Shown here piece by piece: positions 1 through 7,439 of a DNA stretch of 58,570 bases. The stretch comes from a virus (Duplodnaviria; Caudoviricetes). Position 1 is the stretch's first letter; every line of letters starts with the position of its first letter. The DNA is taken from the IMG/VR virus record IMGVR_UViG_3300021139_000016, positions 1-58,570 of that record. One strand, 5' to 3'. The notes under the pieces are model-generated. The model saw nothing but the letters and a program-made list of their open reading frames with translations, was not told the DNA's origin and did no database searches. Made by a program: the position numbers and the translations under genes.

Positions 1-1
1 T

Positions 2-223
2 GAGAAGATCCTACGCATCAAGCAGATCGTAGGCGATGGCATGTTGGATGCATACGAGTTCGAGCCCATCCAGAAGGATGAAGTGGTAGAGTTTATCACA
101 GACAACCAAGCCAAGTTACGTGAGCTGAGCTTACGCATGGTGCTGAAAGTAGCAGACCTGCGCAAGGCATTCCCCACTAACTGGCAAGCCATGGCACGTA
201 CAACCTGTATGCGGAGGGCATGA
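2..223 (+). CDS. C-terminal part of a phage protein truncated by the window edge (possibly an AAA-ATPase tail)
   Basis: Frame open from base 2 (EKILRIKQIVGDGMLD...LRELSLRMVLKVADLR); stop overlaps the next ATG (ATGA). Family guess is from resemblance only. Confidence 0.5.
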   Translation, partial: EKILRIKQIVGDGMLDAYEFEPIQKDEVVEFITDNQAKLRELSLRMVLKVADLRKAFPTNWQAMARTTCMRRA

Positions 224-546
224 TGCGTTCAGCAGACAGCCAAGCACTGGCCAAGTACGGATGCACATACTTAGGCCCTGACTATGACCCACGCACACAT
301 GTAGGGCCCACACCCTACTGTGGGTGCAAGAGTCTAGTAGGTGACACGCTCTACTGTGCAGAGCACTACACGCTTATGTATCAAAAGGGTAGCGCACTAC
401 GCAAGCGTAAACGGGATGTGCGCCGTGCTGAAGCCTTCTGGGACCTAGAGAGTGCCTTCAATGACGCTGTACGTGAGCTAGAGGACGAAGGCTTCGACTT
501 CGATGCACCACCAGAGCTCACAGCGGAAAGCATGCTTAAGGCCTGA
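220..546 (+). CDS. Hypothetical protein with Cys/His cluster (possible Zn-binding)
   Basis: 108 aa, coupled to the upstream gene; GCTY...YCGC...YCAEH pattern. Confidence 0.6.
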   Translation: MMRSADSQALAKYGCTYLGPDYDPRTHVGPTPYCGCKSLVGDTLYCAEHYTLMYQKGSALRKRKRDVRRAEAFWDLESAFNDAVRELEDEGFDFDAPPELTAESMLKA

Positions 547-660
547 GGATAAGCATGCTTAGGTGGGGGGTAGGCCGGTGGGGGTAGGCCGGTCACTAAG
601 CATGCTTACTGTTGCGCAATAGCAACAGCGCATGCCGTAAATTGTCAAAACCACCCCCCA
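528..660. repeat. Cluster of palindromes and G-rich tandem repeats
   Basis: AAGCATGCTT at 528-537, 551-560 and 598-607; GGTGGGGG(G)TAGGCC twice at 562-590; CTGTTGC-N6-GCAACAG at 609-628; C-run at 651-660. Confidence 0.85.
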
Positions 661-747
661 GTTAGATTAGATCACCAGGGGCCGAGATCTGCCACCACTC
701 TTGATTTTTGCTACAAAATTTTTTATCATAGTCAAACTTTTCGGTCA

Positions 748-773
748 TAAAAAAGCACTAACGAATTAGTGCT
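748..773 (-). terminator. Intrinsic terminator with UUCG loop
   Basis: Minus strand reads AGCACTAA-TTCG-TTAGTGCT-TTTTT. Confidence 0.8.
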
Positions 774-816
774 AAGGATTCGGGCATGTCCCGTATAGTA
801 ATTCAACAGTGATTGC

Positions 817-885
817 TTAGATCGTCTTTAGCGTTGCCGCCGGTGGATTTTCTAAATGGAGTAGCTTTTTAGCTCGTTTATACAT
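817..885 (-). CDS. 22-aa micro-protein MYKRAKKLLHLENPPAATLKTI (not in the ORF track)
   Basis: AGGAGGT Shine-Dalgarno just upstream of the ATG, TAACTA late-box variant upstream, terminator downstream. Confidence 0.65.
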   Translation of the reverse strand: MYKRAKKLLHLENPPAATLKTI

Positions 886-1011
886 AGTATACCTCCTCTG
901 TTGTATATGTAGTTATGTCCCACAGATAAAAACCACCCGTTATGGTGGGATTCAAGATCAAAAATTTTTGCGCTAAAAATTTTTAAATACCCGTATATAG
1001 GACAGCCCACT

Positions 1012-1197
1012 ATGAACGAACTCTACAACGAAACCATAACTCGCAACGGTAAGATCTATCACTACGATCCAGACACGGACTGTTACTACCATAGATCTTC
1101 AGATGAAGGAATTGTCAGCAAATGGGCATGGCTTGTCTTATGTGTTCTATTGGCCATATGCGCTTACTGTATAGAATATAGACCCGGATTAGTCTAA
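1012..1197 (+). CDS. Small membrane protein
   Basis: TAAATA at 984-989, AGGA RBS, C-terminal hydrophobic helix (WAWLVLCVLLAICAYCI). Confidence 0.65.
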   Translation: MNELYNETITRNGKIYHYDPDTDCYYHRSSDEGIVSKWAWLVLCVLLAICAYCIEYRPGLV

Positions 1198-1419
1198 ATG
1201 CGTCAACACTATATACTCACTCTAGATCCACGCTGTCGGGAAGTATTTGCCTTTATACAGCAACATGATCTCAAACGCGATGTTCACCTAAATCGCACTC
1301 GTTTTTGGATTCCCGATAGTGGTCCCATTACTACAGAGTTCGCACTACGCTTTTTAGATTGCTGTCCCGAAGTCTTAGAAGATCCAGACAACTATGCGCT
1401 AGGCGGCTTACACGATTAA
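1198..1419 (+). CDS. Hypothetical protein
   Basis: 73 aa, abuts both neighbours. Confidence 0.6.
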   Translation: MRQHYILTLDPRCREVFAFIQQHDLKRDVHLNRTRFWIPDSGPITTEFALRFLDCCPEVLEDPDNYALGGLHD

Positions 1420-1655
1420 TGACTCGCTTATACACTTACTACGTTATTAAGCAGATTCTTAAATTTGCTCCTTGCCCACTGTTTGCTTTAGGGTTTATAT
1501 ACAGTCTTTTTCAGTCATCTGCTATATGCGGGCTAAACGATCACACTATGACTTGTATGTGGGCTTTAATGGCTTTTGCTCATGCTTTACCATATGTACA
1601 GTATTTTGAAGTAAAAAACTGCCCAAAAGGCTGTGGTTGCAATGACTCGTTGTAA
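1419..1655 (+). CDS. Small two-TM membrane protein
   Basis: ATG at 1419 overlaps the upstream TAA (TAATG); two hydrophobic segments. Confidence 0.6.
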   Translation: MTRLYTYYVIKQILKFAPCPLFALGFIYSLFQSSAICGLNDHTMTCMWALMAFAHALPYVQYFEVKNCPKGCGCNDSL

Positions 1656-1663
1656 ATATCTGT

Positions 1664-1936
1664 ATGAGCAACTGCTTGGCTTTACCGGGCAAGATGTACT
1701 TGCCAGATCTACATCCATTTGAGCATATAGCCTGTGCTCCATGGCCCTGTATTGGTGAGCAAATAGATTGGATTGACAGTATACGCATACTAGAGGACTG
1801 GTTGGAGTCTTATGTAGGCAGTCACTACTCACACTGGGCATATCACAACATGGGTTGGGGAATTAAACCAGGATACTGCTCATTAGCCTTTAAACGAGCG
1901 CCAGATCGTACACTGTTTTTACTACGCTGGGGTTAA
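1664..1936 (+). CDS. Hypothetical Trp-rich protein
   Basis: TAAATA at 1653-1658, 5 nt before the ATG; ends FLLRWG. Confidence 0.65.
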   Translation: MSNCLALPGKMYLPDLHPFEHIACAPWPCIGEQIDWIDSIRILEDWLESYVGSHYSHWAYHNMGWGIKPGYCSLAFKRAPDRTLFLLRWG

Positions 1937-1944
1937 GTATGAGT

Positions 1945-2121
1945 ATGGAAACACATGCTCGCACACTTGCTCGTACTATCATATACAGAATCGTTGCACT
2001 ATTAATCACTGCCATTTGGACTGGGCTTTCAGACGCTGTTGTTATACACGTGATACTTACCGGCGTACATTACCTAATGGAGAGACTATGGATGAAGATC
2101 CGTTGGGGCAGGATTACCTAG
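1945..2121 (+). CDS. DUF2061-like small membrane protein
   Basis: ETHARTLARTIIYRIVA...HYLMERLWMKIRWG matches the DUF2061 pattern; TAAGTA-N5-ATG start. Confidence 0.65.
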   Translation: METHARTLARTIIYRIVALLITAIWTGLSDAVVIHVILTGVHYLMERLWMKIRWGRIT

Positions 2122-2249
2122 AACCCACGCCCGAACCTTTGAGTTTGGTAGAATGGTTAACGTACCTGATAGTATTCTTTGTCTTAGGCTTGGAGCTTGC
2201 CTATATGTGGACGTGGTGTCAGTGGTTTACTAATTGTCCTAAGACTTAA
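2088..2249 (+). CDS. Small membrane protein
   Basis: GGAG before ATG 2088; hydrophobic WLTYLIVFFVLGL segment. Confidence 0.5.
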   Translation: MDEDPLGQDYLEPTPEPLSLVEWLTYLIVFFVLGLELAYMWTWCQWFTNCPKT

Positions 2250-2322
2250 TATATACGCAGATAATCAGTTGGGAAAATGCGTTTTACCGTTCGCCGCTTC
2301 GCGGCTGTGATGCGTTCCGAAC

Positions 2323-2436
2323 CTACCCTCTCCAAAAACACCAAGCTATGATTAAGACTATCAAGATGATCGGGAACCAATCCTTGAAGGTCATCTTTTG
2401 ATTTTGTGGTACACGTGGTGGGGTGGGTCTTAGCAT
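2323..2436 (-). CDS. 37-aa single-TM protein (not in the ORF track)
   Basis: MLRPTPPRVPQNQKMTFKDWFPIILIVLIIAWCFWRG; starts 1 nt after the glycosyltransferase stop. Confidence 0.5.
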   Translation of the reverse strand: MLRPTPPRVPQNQKMTFKDWFPIILIVLIIAWCFWRG

Positions 2437-2437
2437 G

Positions 2438-3262
2438 CTAGAAGTAGAATCCGTTAGGTCTGCGGAAGTAAGTTTCACAGCCTTCTAGTGTACAGTTGTC
2501 CTTGCGGTGATCGCACCAGAATTGGACTCCCAGGCCTTGTGCTATGGCCATGCCCACTGATTGGTTGGCTACGTATAGTTGACCGCCTGCGATGACCTGT
2601 GCAAGTTCTAACAAGTCTTTGGTTGGGTAGTAGGTGACTTTGACTCCAAAATCCCGCTCGTAGTTGCGATGTTCTTCTTCTGTGCCCACGAACACACACT
2701 CGTCAATCTGATCACGGATCCGTCCCCAAACTTCATGCACTTGCCCGTTACCGTAGCGATCTGTTTTGGAGATAACGATCGACTTGCCCGGGATGACAAT
2801 TGGTTGCCGGTCACCTAAGGTCAGCCAAGGTTGGGTGACTGCTGGTTCCCACTGATTTGGGTCAAGTCCCACAGCATGAGCATAGATGCGACCATAGTGT
2901 CCTTTGTCTATGATGTTGCCGTAGAACCAACAGCAGATATTGTCTAGAGGATGTGTAATAGCTTCACCGTTATAAGGAGCCCATTTGGTAATATAGCTCT
3001 GTGCTTCAATGAGCGGTTTTAGAAGTTCAAAGTCCTTTTGCTTCATGCGACCTGAGTGCGTACCGCCATCGGGCCAGCCAATAACTGTTTTACACAAGTT
3101 ATCTAAATTTTCCAGGCGCAGATAAAACTCACCACCGCCTAGCAAGCGAATAGGAATTAGGCTATAGATAATATCGCCAAAAGTCCATGTTTGGCTAAAG
3201 GTCAGGGGCTTGCCCGCTTCTACTGGGGCTGGTTCGTAGGGTCCTGGAGTAAATTTATGCAT
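2438..3262 (-). CDS. GT-B glycosyltransferase, GT9 (heptosyltransferase)-like
   Basis: FGDIIYSLIPIR N-terminal motif; FVGTEEE and DLLELAQVIAGGQLYVANQSVGMAIAQGLG C-terminal motifs; GAGGA RBS; TAAATA at 3295-3300. Confidence 0.7.
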   Translation of the reverse strand: MHKFTPGPYEPAPVEAGKPLTFSQTWTFGDIIYSLIPIRLLGGGEFYLRLENLDNLCKTVIGWPDGGTHSGRMKQKDFELLKPLIEAQSYITKWAPYNGEAITHPLDNICCWFYGNIIDKGHYGRIYAHAVGLDPNQWEPAVTQPWLTLGDRQPIVIPGKSIVISKTDRYGNGQVHEVWGRIRDQIDECVFVGTEEEHRNYERDFGVKVTYYPTKDLLELAQVIAGGQLYVANQSVGMAIAQGLGVQFWCDHRKDNCTLEGCETYFRRPNGFYF

Positions 3263-3327
3263 TGTGTCCTCAATTATATGCTATGATAATAACATATTTA
3301 AGGTGCAAATGCAACCGCTAGATTAGA

Positions 3328-3759
3328 TTATGAATTGTACCAACGCTGTGTGAAATCGTACTTGACCGCGGTCTTGCCATCGCCATTTACCAGTTCTGCT
3401 AACCAGCTGACGTCCCAACAGCCTAGACGTGATTTGATGCGAGTAACTGTATAGCGCATGGTCACGGGCTTGTCCATTGTGATGTGCCCGGGCCAGTGGA
3501 ATTCTCTATAGCCCAAGTCTACTGCTCGCATGTTTATGACCTGTACACACTCACTAAATCCTCGCTGTAGCATGTCCATTTCTGGACGGCCTGGTAGGAT
3601 AGGACGGCCCTGCTGATCAACAGGTATTTGGCCTTCATAATTAAAGTCCTGGGCTGTGGGCGTGAATGGTGCGGTTTGTACTGCATATCCTACGTCTACG
3701 ATGCCTATGTAAACGGCCTGAGGAGGCTCTGGAAGTTTGATGTCAACGGTAAATAGCAT
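3328..3759 (-). CDS. Hypothetical protein, possible hot-dog (FabZ/MaoC-like) fold
   Basis: TAAATA-N7-ATG start at 3759; PILPGRPEMDMLQ resembles the FabZ PIMPG-x3-E-x3-Q helix; beta-rich C-terminus. Confidence 0.45.
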   Translation of the reverse strand: MLFTVDIKLPEPPQAVYIGIVDVGYAVQTAPFTPTAQDFNYEGQIPVDQQGRPILPGRPEMDMLQRGFSECVQVINMRAVDLGYREFHWPGHITMDKPVTMRYTVTRIKSRLGCWDVSWLAELVNGDGKTAVKYDFTQRWYNS

Positions 3760-3806
3760 AGTAACATATTTAACCCTAGTCCGGATAATAAAAGGAAACA
3801 ACAACT

Positions 3807-5513
3807 ATGTCAGTACGTGTATTTCAAGGCAAGGATACCCTAGCTAACGCCAGTACCTATAACCCACATCGTGGCGAGATCTTCGTCAACCTCGATACTT
3901 TAACGCTGATGATCAGCGATGGCACAACACCAGGTGGAACACAAATTTCAGGTGGCAGTACAATGGGTGGCAGTTTTGCCATGCTTACCGGACAGATCAG
4001 CGAAATACAAATTCCTTCAGGACTAATTACCAATTCAATGTTGCGCACCGACTCTGTGGCCACAGCTACATGGTTGTTGAGCGCAAACTCAATGGGCGGG
4101 TTTACATGGGTCAATCCAGCGGCAGGTGGTGTACTACCACACCTAGCCAACGTGGCCACAACAGGCGACTACAACGACCTAACACACATTCCCCCATTCA
4201 AAACAGTTTCAACCAGCGGTAGCTTTTATGACCTTATTGACTACCCTACAGTAGTTTCAGCGTTCCGCAATGACACAGGTTATCTAACTTCAGCTACGCT
4301 CAGCGCATTTGTTACTACAACTACTCTAAACACAGCGGTTACTAATGCTGTATCAAATCTAGTTGGATCCAGCGGTACTACATTCGCAGTCATCCAACAG
4401 TTGAGCGCACTATTGAGCACCAGCACTTCTACACTGAGCTTACTAACAGGACAGATTGGCAACAAGTTGGATATTTCAACAGCCACTACCTATACCACAC
4501 AGCAAAAGGCCATTGGTGTTGCTAACCTAGGACTTGCCACAGTAGCGGTATCGGGCGACTACAATGACTTGTCAAACAAGCCAGCTACATTCTCAATCGC
4601 GGCCGCAACTACATCAACACTAGGTGGTGTTATCGTTGGACAAGGACTTTCAGTTGATAACACAGGACGCTTGACGCTAGGTACCAGCACAACCATATTG
4701 AGCATATCTAGTCCAGTTACACTCAAAGGTCAAGTCAATCAGATCGCAGGTACACTACAGGCTGACAACAATTATATCTACATGGCTAAGAGTGCGTTTA
4801 CGCCTACTTCATTCCAAACAGCCAGCGCCAGCTCAACCAGCACCAACGTTATTCCAACTATCGCCAGTCAATGGTTAGCACAGATCAACAACGTGGGCGC
4901 AGGATATCAAAGCGGACAGTGGGTAATTTTTGATCAGACACAAACACAAGTATATCCTGTGACCGCAGTAAGCACAGTAGGTGGTACTGCTTACTTTACT
5001 ATCAATGGTACGGTGACTTTTGGAGCGAGCCAGACCTACTACATACAGACAACTGACACTATCGCCCGAGTAGGCCTAGAAGACAGTTATGGTACAGCAC
5101 CAGGTGGCATACAAGGTTCAAATGTTATCTCAGTAAGCGGTACAGTTGACATGCCACAAGGACAAACTTACGGAACTACATCGACACTATTGACCATTGA
5201 CTGCTCAGGTATCACATACGGTGAGTTGGCTATCAGTTTCCAAGATTCTACTAACATGGAATACTACAAAGGTACTTGCGAAGTGTTTGTGTATCCAGAT
5301 TTAACCTACATCATACATCCTAACATTACTGGTAATAAAACTGACCGTATCACGTTAGGATTTAATTCAGGTAACTCAGCTGTGTATCAGATGTCTAACA
5401 ACATCCAGATTCCTGTTTACAACAGTGATAAAAACCTTTCTAACAATACATCAGCATCACACGCCAGTGCCGGCAATATTAAATATTCTTGGTTGGTTAG
5501 AACCAACATCTAA
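3807..5513 (+). CDS. Virion fibre protein with Mtd-N-like N-terminus
   Basis: GEIFVNLDTLTLMISDGTTPGG; repeated LAxVAxxGDYNDL; ATTSTLGGVIVGQGLSVD fibre motif; Thr/Ser/Gly-rich. Confidence 0.75.
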   Translation: MSVRVFQGKDTLANASTYNPHRGEIFVNLDTLTLMISDGTTPGGTQISGGSTMGGSFAMLTGQISEIQIPSGLITNSMLRTDSVATATWLLSANSMGGFTWVNPAAGGVLPHLANVATTGDYNDLTHIPPFKTVSTSGSFYDLIDYPTVVSAFRNDTGYLTSATLSAFVTTTTLNTAVTNAVSNLVGSSGTTFAVIQQLSALLSTSTSTLSLLTGQIGNKLDISTATTYTTQQKAIGVANLGLATVAVSGDYNDLSNKPATFSIAAATTSTLGGVIVGQGLSVDNTGRLTLGTSTTILSISSPVTLKGQVNQIAGTLQADNNYIYMAKSAFTPTSFQTASASSTSTNVIPTIASQWLAQINNVGAGYQSGQWVIFDQTQTQVYPVTAVSTVGGTAYFTINGTVTFGASQTYYIQTTDTIARVGLEDSYGTAPGGIQGSNVISVSGTVDMPQGQTYGTTSTLLTIDCSGITYGELAISFQDSTNMEYYKGTCEVFVYPDLTYIIHPNITGNKTDRITLGFNSGNSAVYQMSNNIQIPVYNSDKNLSNNTSASHASAGNIKYSWLVRTNI

Positions 5514-5526
5514 GGAGCAATTATAA

Positions 5527-5826
5527 ATGACAACACCAAACCCAAACGCTTGTATACTATGGAGTAGACCTCTACCACAATGTAACATGAGCAACCATTT
5601 GATGAAAAGATTAAAAGACGCAGGTGTGCAAGTTGATCTGCGAGTAGTAGATAATTTTACATGGAAATGGAACGACTTCAAAGCCGCAGTTCCTGATTGG
5701 AGCATCTTGCCTTGCATTATTCGTGCAGACGGTGTTCGTGTTGCTACCAACAAAGAGTTAATTGACTGGATTGGTCCAGATCCTGCTCATGCTATAGAAA
5801 AACCAACTCCACAGATTCCAAAATAA
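5527..5826 (+). CDS. Glutaredoxin-like protein (monothiol CxxS)
   Basis: CNMS after the first strand, ILPCI in the cis-Pro position, 99 aa, AGGAG RBS. Confidence 0.5.
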   Translation: MTTPNPNACILWSRPLPQCNMSNHLMKRLKDAGVQVDLRVVDNFTWKWNDFKAAVPDWSILPCIIRADGVRVATNKELIDWIGPDPAHAIEKPTPQIPK

Positions 5827-5827
5827 T

Positions 5828-6181
5828 ATGTCACAAATTCAATTTACATACTCTTGGGACATTACCAAATTTGAAACCACTGCCAAGGTTGGTACGTTCA
5901 CGGATGCTATCACACGTATCTATTGGACATTGACAGGCAGTGACGATCAAGGTAATAGTGCCAGCTTGTATGACAACACAGCAATCACACCTGCTTGGAT
6001 CCTAGCAAATGGTGGCCAGTTTATTCCTTTCAAAACTATGAGCAAGGAACAAGGTATAGAATTATTGGAAACAGTATTAGGTGAAGCAGAAATCACTAAA
6101 CTCACTGACAACTTGAAAATACAAATCCAGCAACTAGAAGCTACTAAGATTACTGCTCACGCTCCACCCTGGATCCGTTAA
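5828..6181 (+). CDS. Fibre-associated phage protein
   Basis: YSWDITK...IYWTLTG...FIPF...PPW pattern typical of small proteins beside phage fibre genes. Confidence 0.6.
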   Translation: MSQIQFTYSWDITKFETTAKVGTFTDAITRIYWTLTGSDDQGNSASLYDNTAITPAWILANGGQFIPFKTMSKEQGIELLETVLGEAEITKLTDNLKIQIQQLEATKITAHAPPWIR

Positions 6182-6849
6182 TTTTCCAGGGTTTCGACAG
6201 CGTCGATTAAGTCCGCAATATGCCCTGAGTTACGCAGGGCTTTGAAAGCTAAATTCCCCGTACCGAACTCCCCATCACGTGCTAGACTCTTTCTACGGAA
6301 GATACTCAGCATGGTTTTGATTTTTTGTAGCACAGGCAGTTGGTTTAATTCAACCGCTCTTTTTATCACAATTTCCCACTGATAGGCTAGGTTTTTTACG
6401 CCATCATAATCATAGGTTTTTAGTGGTGGTGCAGGCTTCTTGAGCCACTGGTTTGTCAGTAGGCTATAGGTAGATGTTACTGCGGGCTCATTGGAATTTT
6501 CTGCATAAAGCTCTACAGGTATGCCTTTGAGTTTGAGCGGATACATGCGTTTCCACTCCTTTCTTTTGGCATCAAACAGCTTTTTTACATCCCCGTCGTA
6601 TTCTACTTTATTGTAGTCAATAACTAAATGAAGGTCTATATCAGACCATTTAGTATATACGTAGTTGGCTTGAGACCCCGTGATTAAAACGTCTTCGATC
6701 GGCGCCGAAACCGACAAAAAATCGTAGAATTCCTTGGCGATTTGAAGCAATTTGACCTGGATTTGACGCCGAATTTCCTCACCTTCCCATAGGGCAGGGT
6801 TTAGGTCGTCGTGCAGTTCGATAGGGGGATTATACTCAAAGATGTACAT
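6178..6849 (-). CDS. Pol-beta-superfamily nucleotidyltransferase
   Basis: ITGS-x8-SDIDLHL signature with a third acidic residue in VELY; helical C-terminal domain. Confidence 0.8.
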   Translation of the reverse strand: MYIFEYNPPIELHDDLNPALWEGEEIRRQIQVKLLQIAKEFYDFLSVSAPIEDVLITGSQANYVYTKWSDIDLHLVIDYNKVEYDGDVKKLFDAKRKEWKRMYPLKLKGIPVELYAENSNEPAVTSTYSLLTNQWLKKPAPPLKTYDYDGVKNLAYQWEIVIKRAVELNQLPVLQKIKTMLSIFRRKSLARDGEFGTGNLAFKALRNSGHIADLIDAVETLEN

Positions 6850-6856
6850 ATGATTA

Positions 6857-6873
6857 TATTTATGGATTAAATA
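6857..6873. promoter_or_regulatory. Back-to-back T4-type late promoter boxes
   Basis: TAAATA on minus (6857-6862) and plus (6868-6873), 7 and 5 nt from the divergent ATGs. Confidence 0.7.
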
Positions 6874-6878
6874 TGGCT

Positions 6879-7439
6879 ATGACCAGTTTTAATTCACTCG
6901 CAGGAAAAATCCTCGTTTCGCAACCAAAAAATCAAAGCCCGCACTTTGCAAAAAGTGTGATACTACTTGCCCAACACGGTGTTAATGGAGCATGGGGCGT
7001 CATGGTCAACAAAGAAGCATCCGCTGTGAATATTGCCACCGTAATGAGTGCGGCAGGTATCACGTACAATGGCCATGAGCCGGTTTATATAGGCGGTCCT
7101 GTAGAACCTACTAGGGTACATATTGTACATACTATGGATTGGTTTAGTGCAAGTACGCTACAGATTGCACCCAACCTAGGCATCACGGGAGACCTAGGAA
7201 TCCTAGCATCAATATCAGCAGGAGAAGGTCCTGAAATGTGGAGAGCGGGTATAGGTTTAGCGGCATGGAGCGCAGGACAGCTAGACGGGGAAATGAGCGG
7301 AATAGCACCTTGGCACAGTGATCATATTTGGTTAACTGCTGATGCTACTGAAGAAGTCTGTTTAAGCGGAACGGGCGAAGAGCAGTGGCAACGTGCGATT
7401 AGCCACTGCGTCAATCAAAAAATAGCAAATCTATTTTAA
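6879..7439 (+). CDS. YqgE/AlgH (DUF179) family protein
   Basis: GKILVS...FAKSVILLAQH...GAWGVMVNK...YIGGPVE...GLAAWSAGQLDGEM...W motifs. Confidence 0.85.
   Translation: MTSFNSLAGKILVSQPKNQSPHFAKSVILLAQHGVNGAWGVMVNKEASAVNIATVMSAAGITYNGHEPVYIGGPVEPTRVHIVHTMDWFSASTLQIAPNLGITGDLGILASISAGEGPEMWRAGIGLAAWSAGQLDGEMSGIAPWHSDHIWLTADATEEVCLSGTGEEQWQRAISHCVNQKIANLF

Noticed and set aside
528-660. CRISPR mini-array
   Set aside because: Repeats are only 10-12 bp with irregular 13- and 37-nt gaps, one made of tandem repeats; no cas genes
546-1011. tRNA or other known structured RNA in the largest intergenic region
   Set aside because: No cloverleaf with T-loop and acceptor stem found by eye; the region is explained by the micro-ORF unit and repeats. 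A covariance search was not run.
2293-2305. GCCGC-TTC-GCGGC hairpin as a terminator between convergent genes
   Set aside because: Only a 5-bp stem with no adjacent U-tract on either strand; not enough support
3807-5513. Diversity-generating retroelement suggested by the Mtd-N-like domain
   Set aside because: No reverse transcriptase and no template/variable repeat pair with adenine-specific mismatches seen in the window; Mtd-N is a generic fibre N-terminal module
6178-7439. CBASS or MNT-HEPN toxin-antitoxin system
   Set aside because: No effector, Cap or HEPN gene is adjacent; the divergent neighbour is a DUF179 protein
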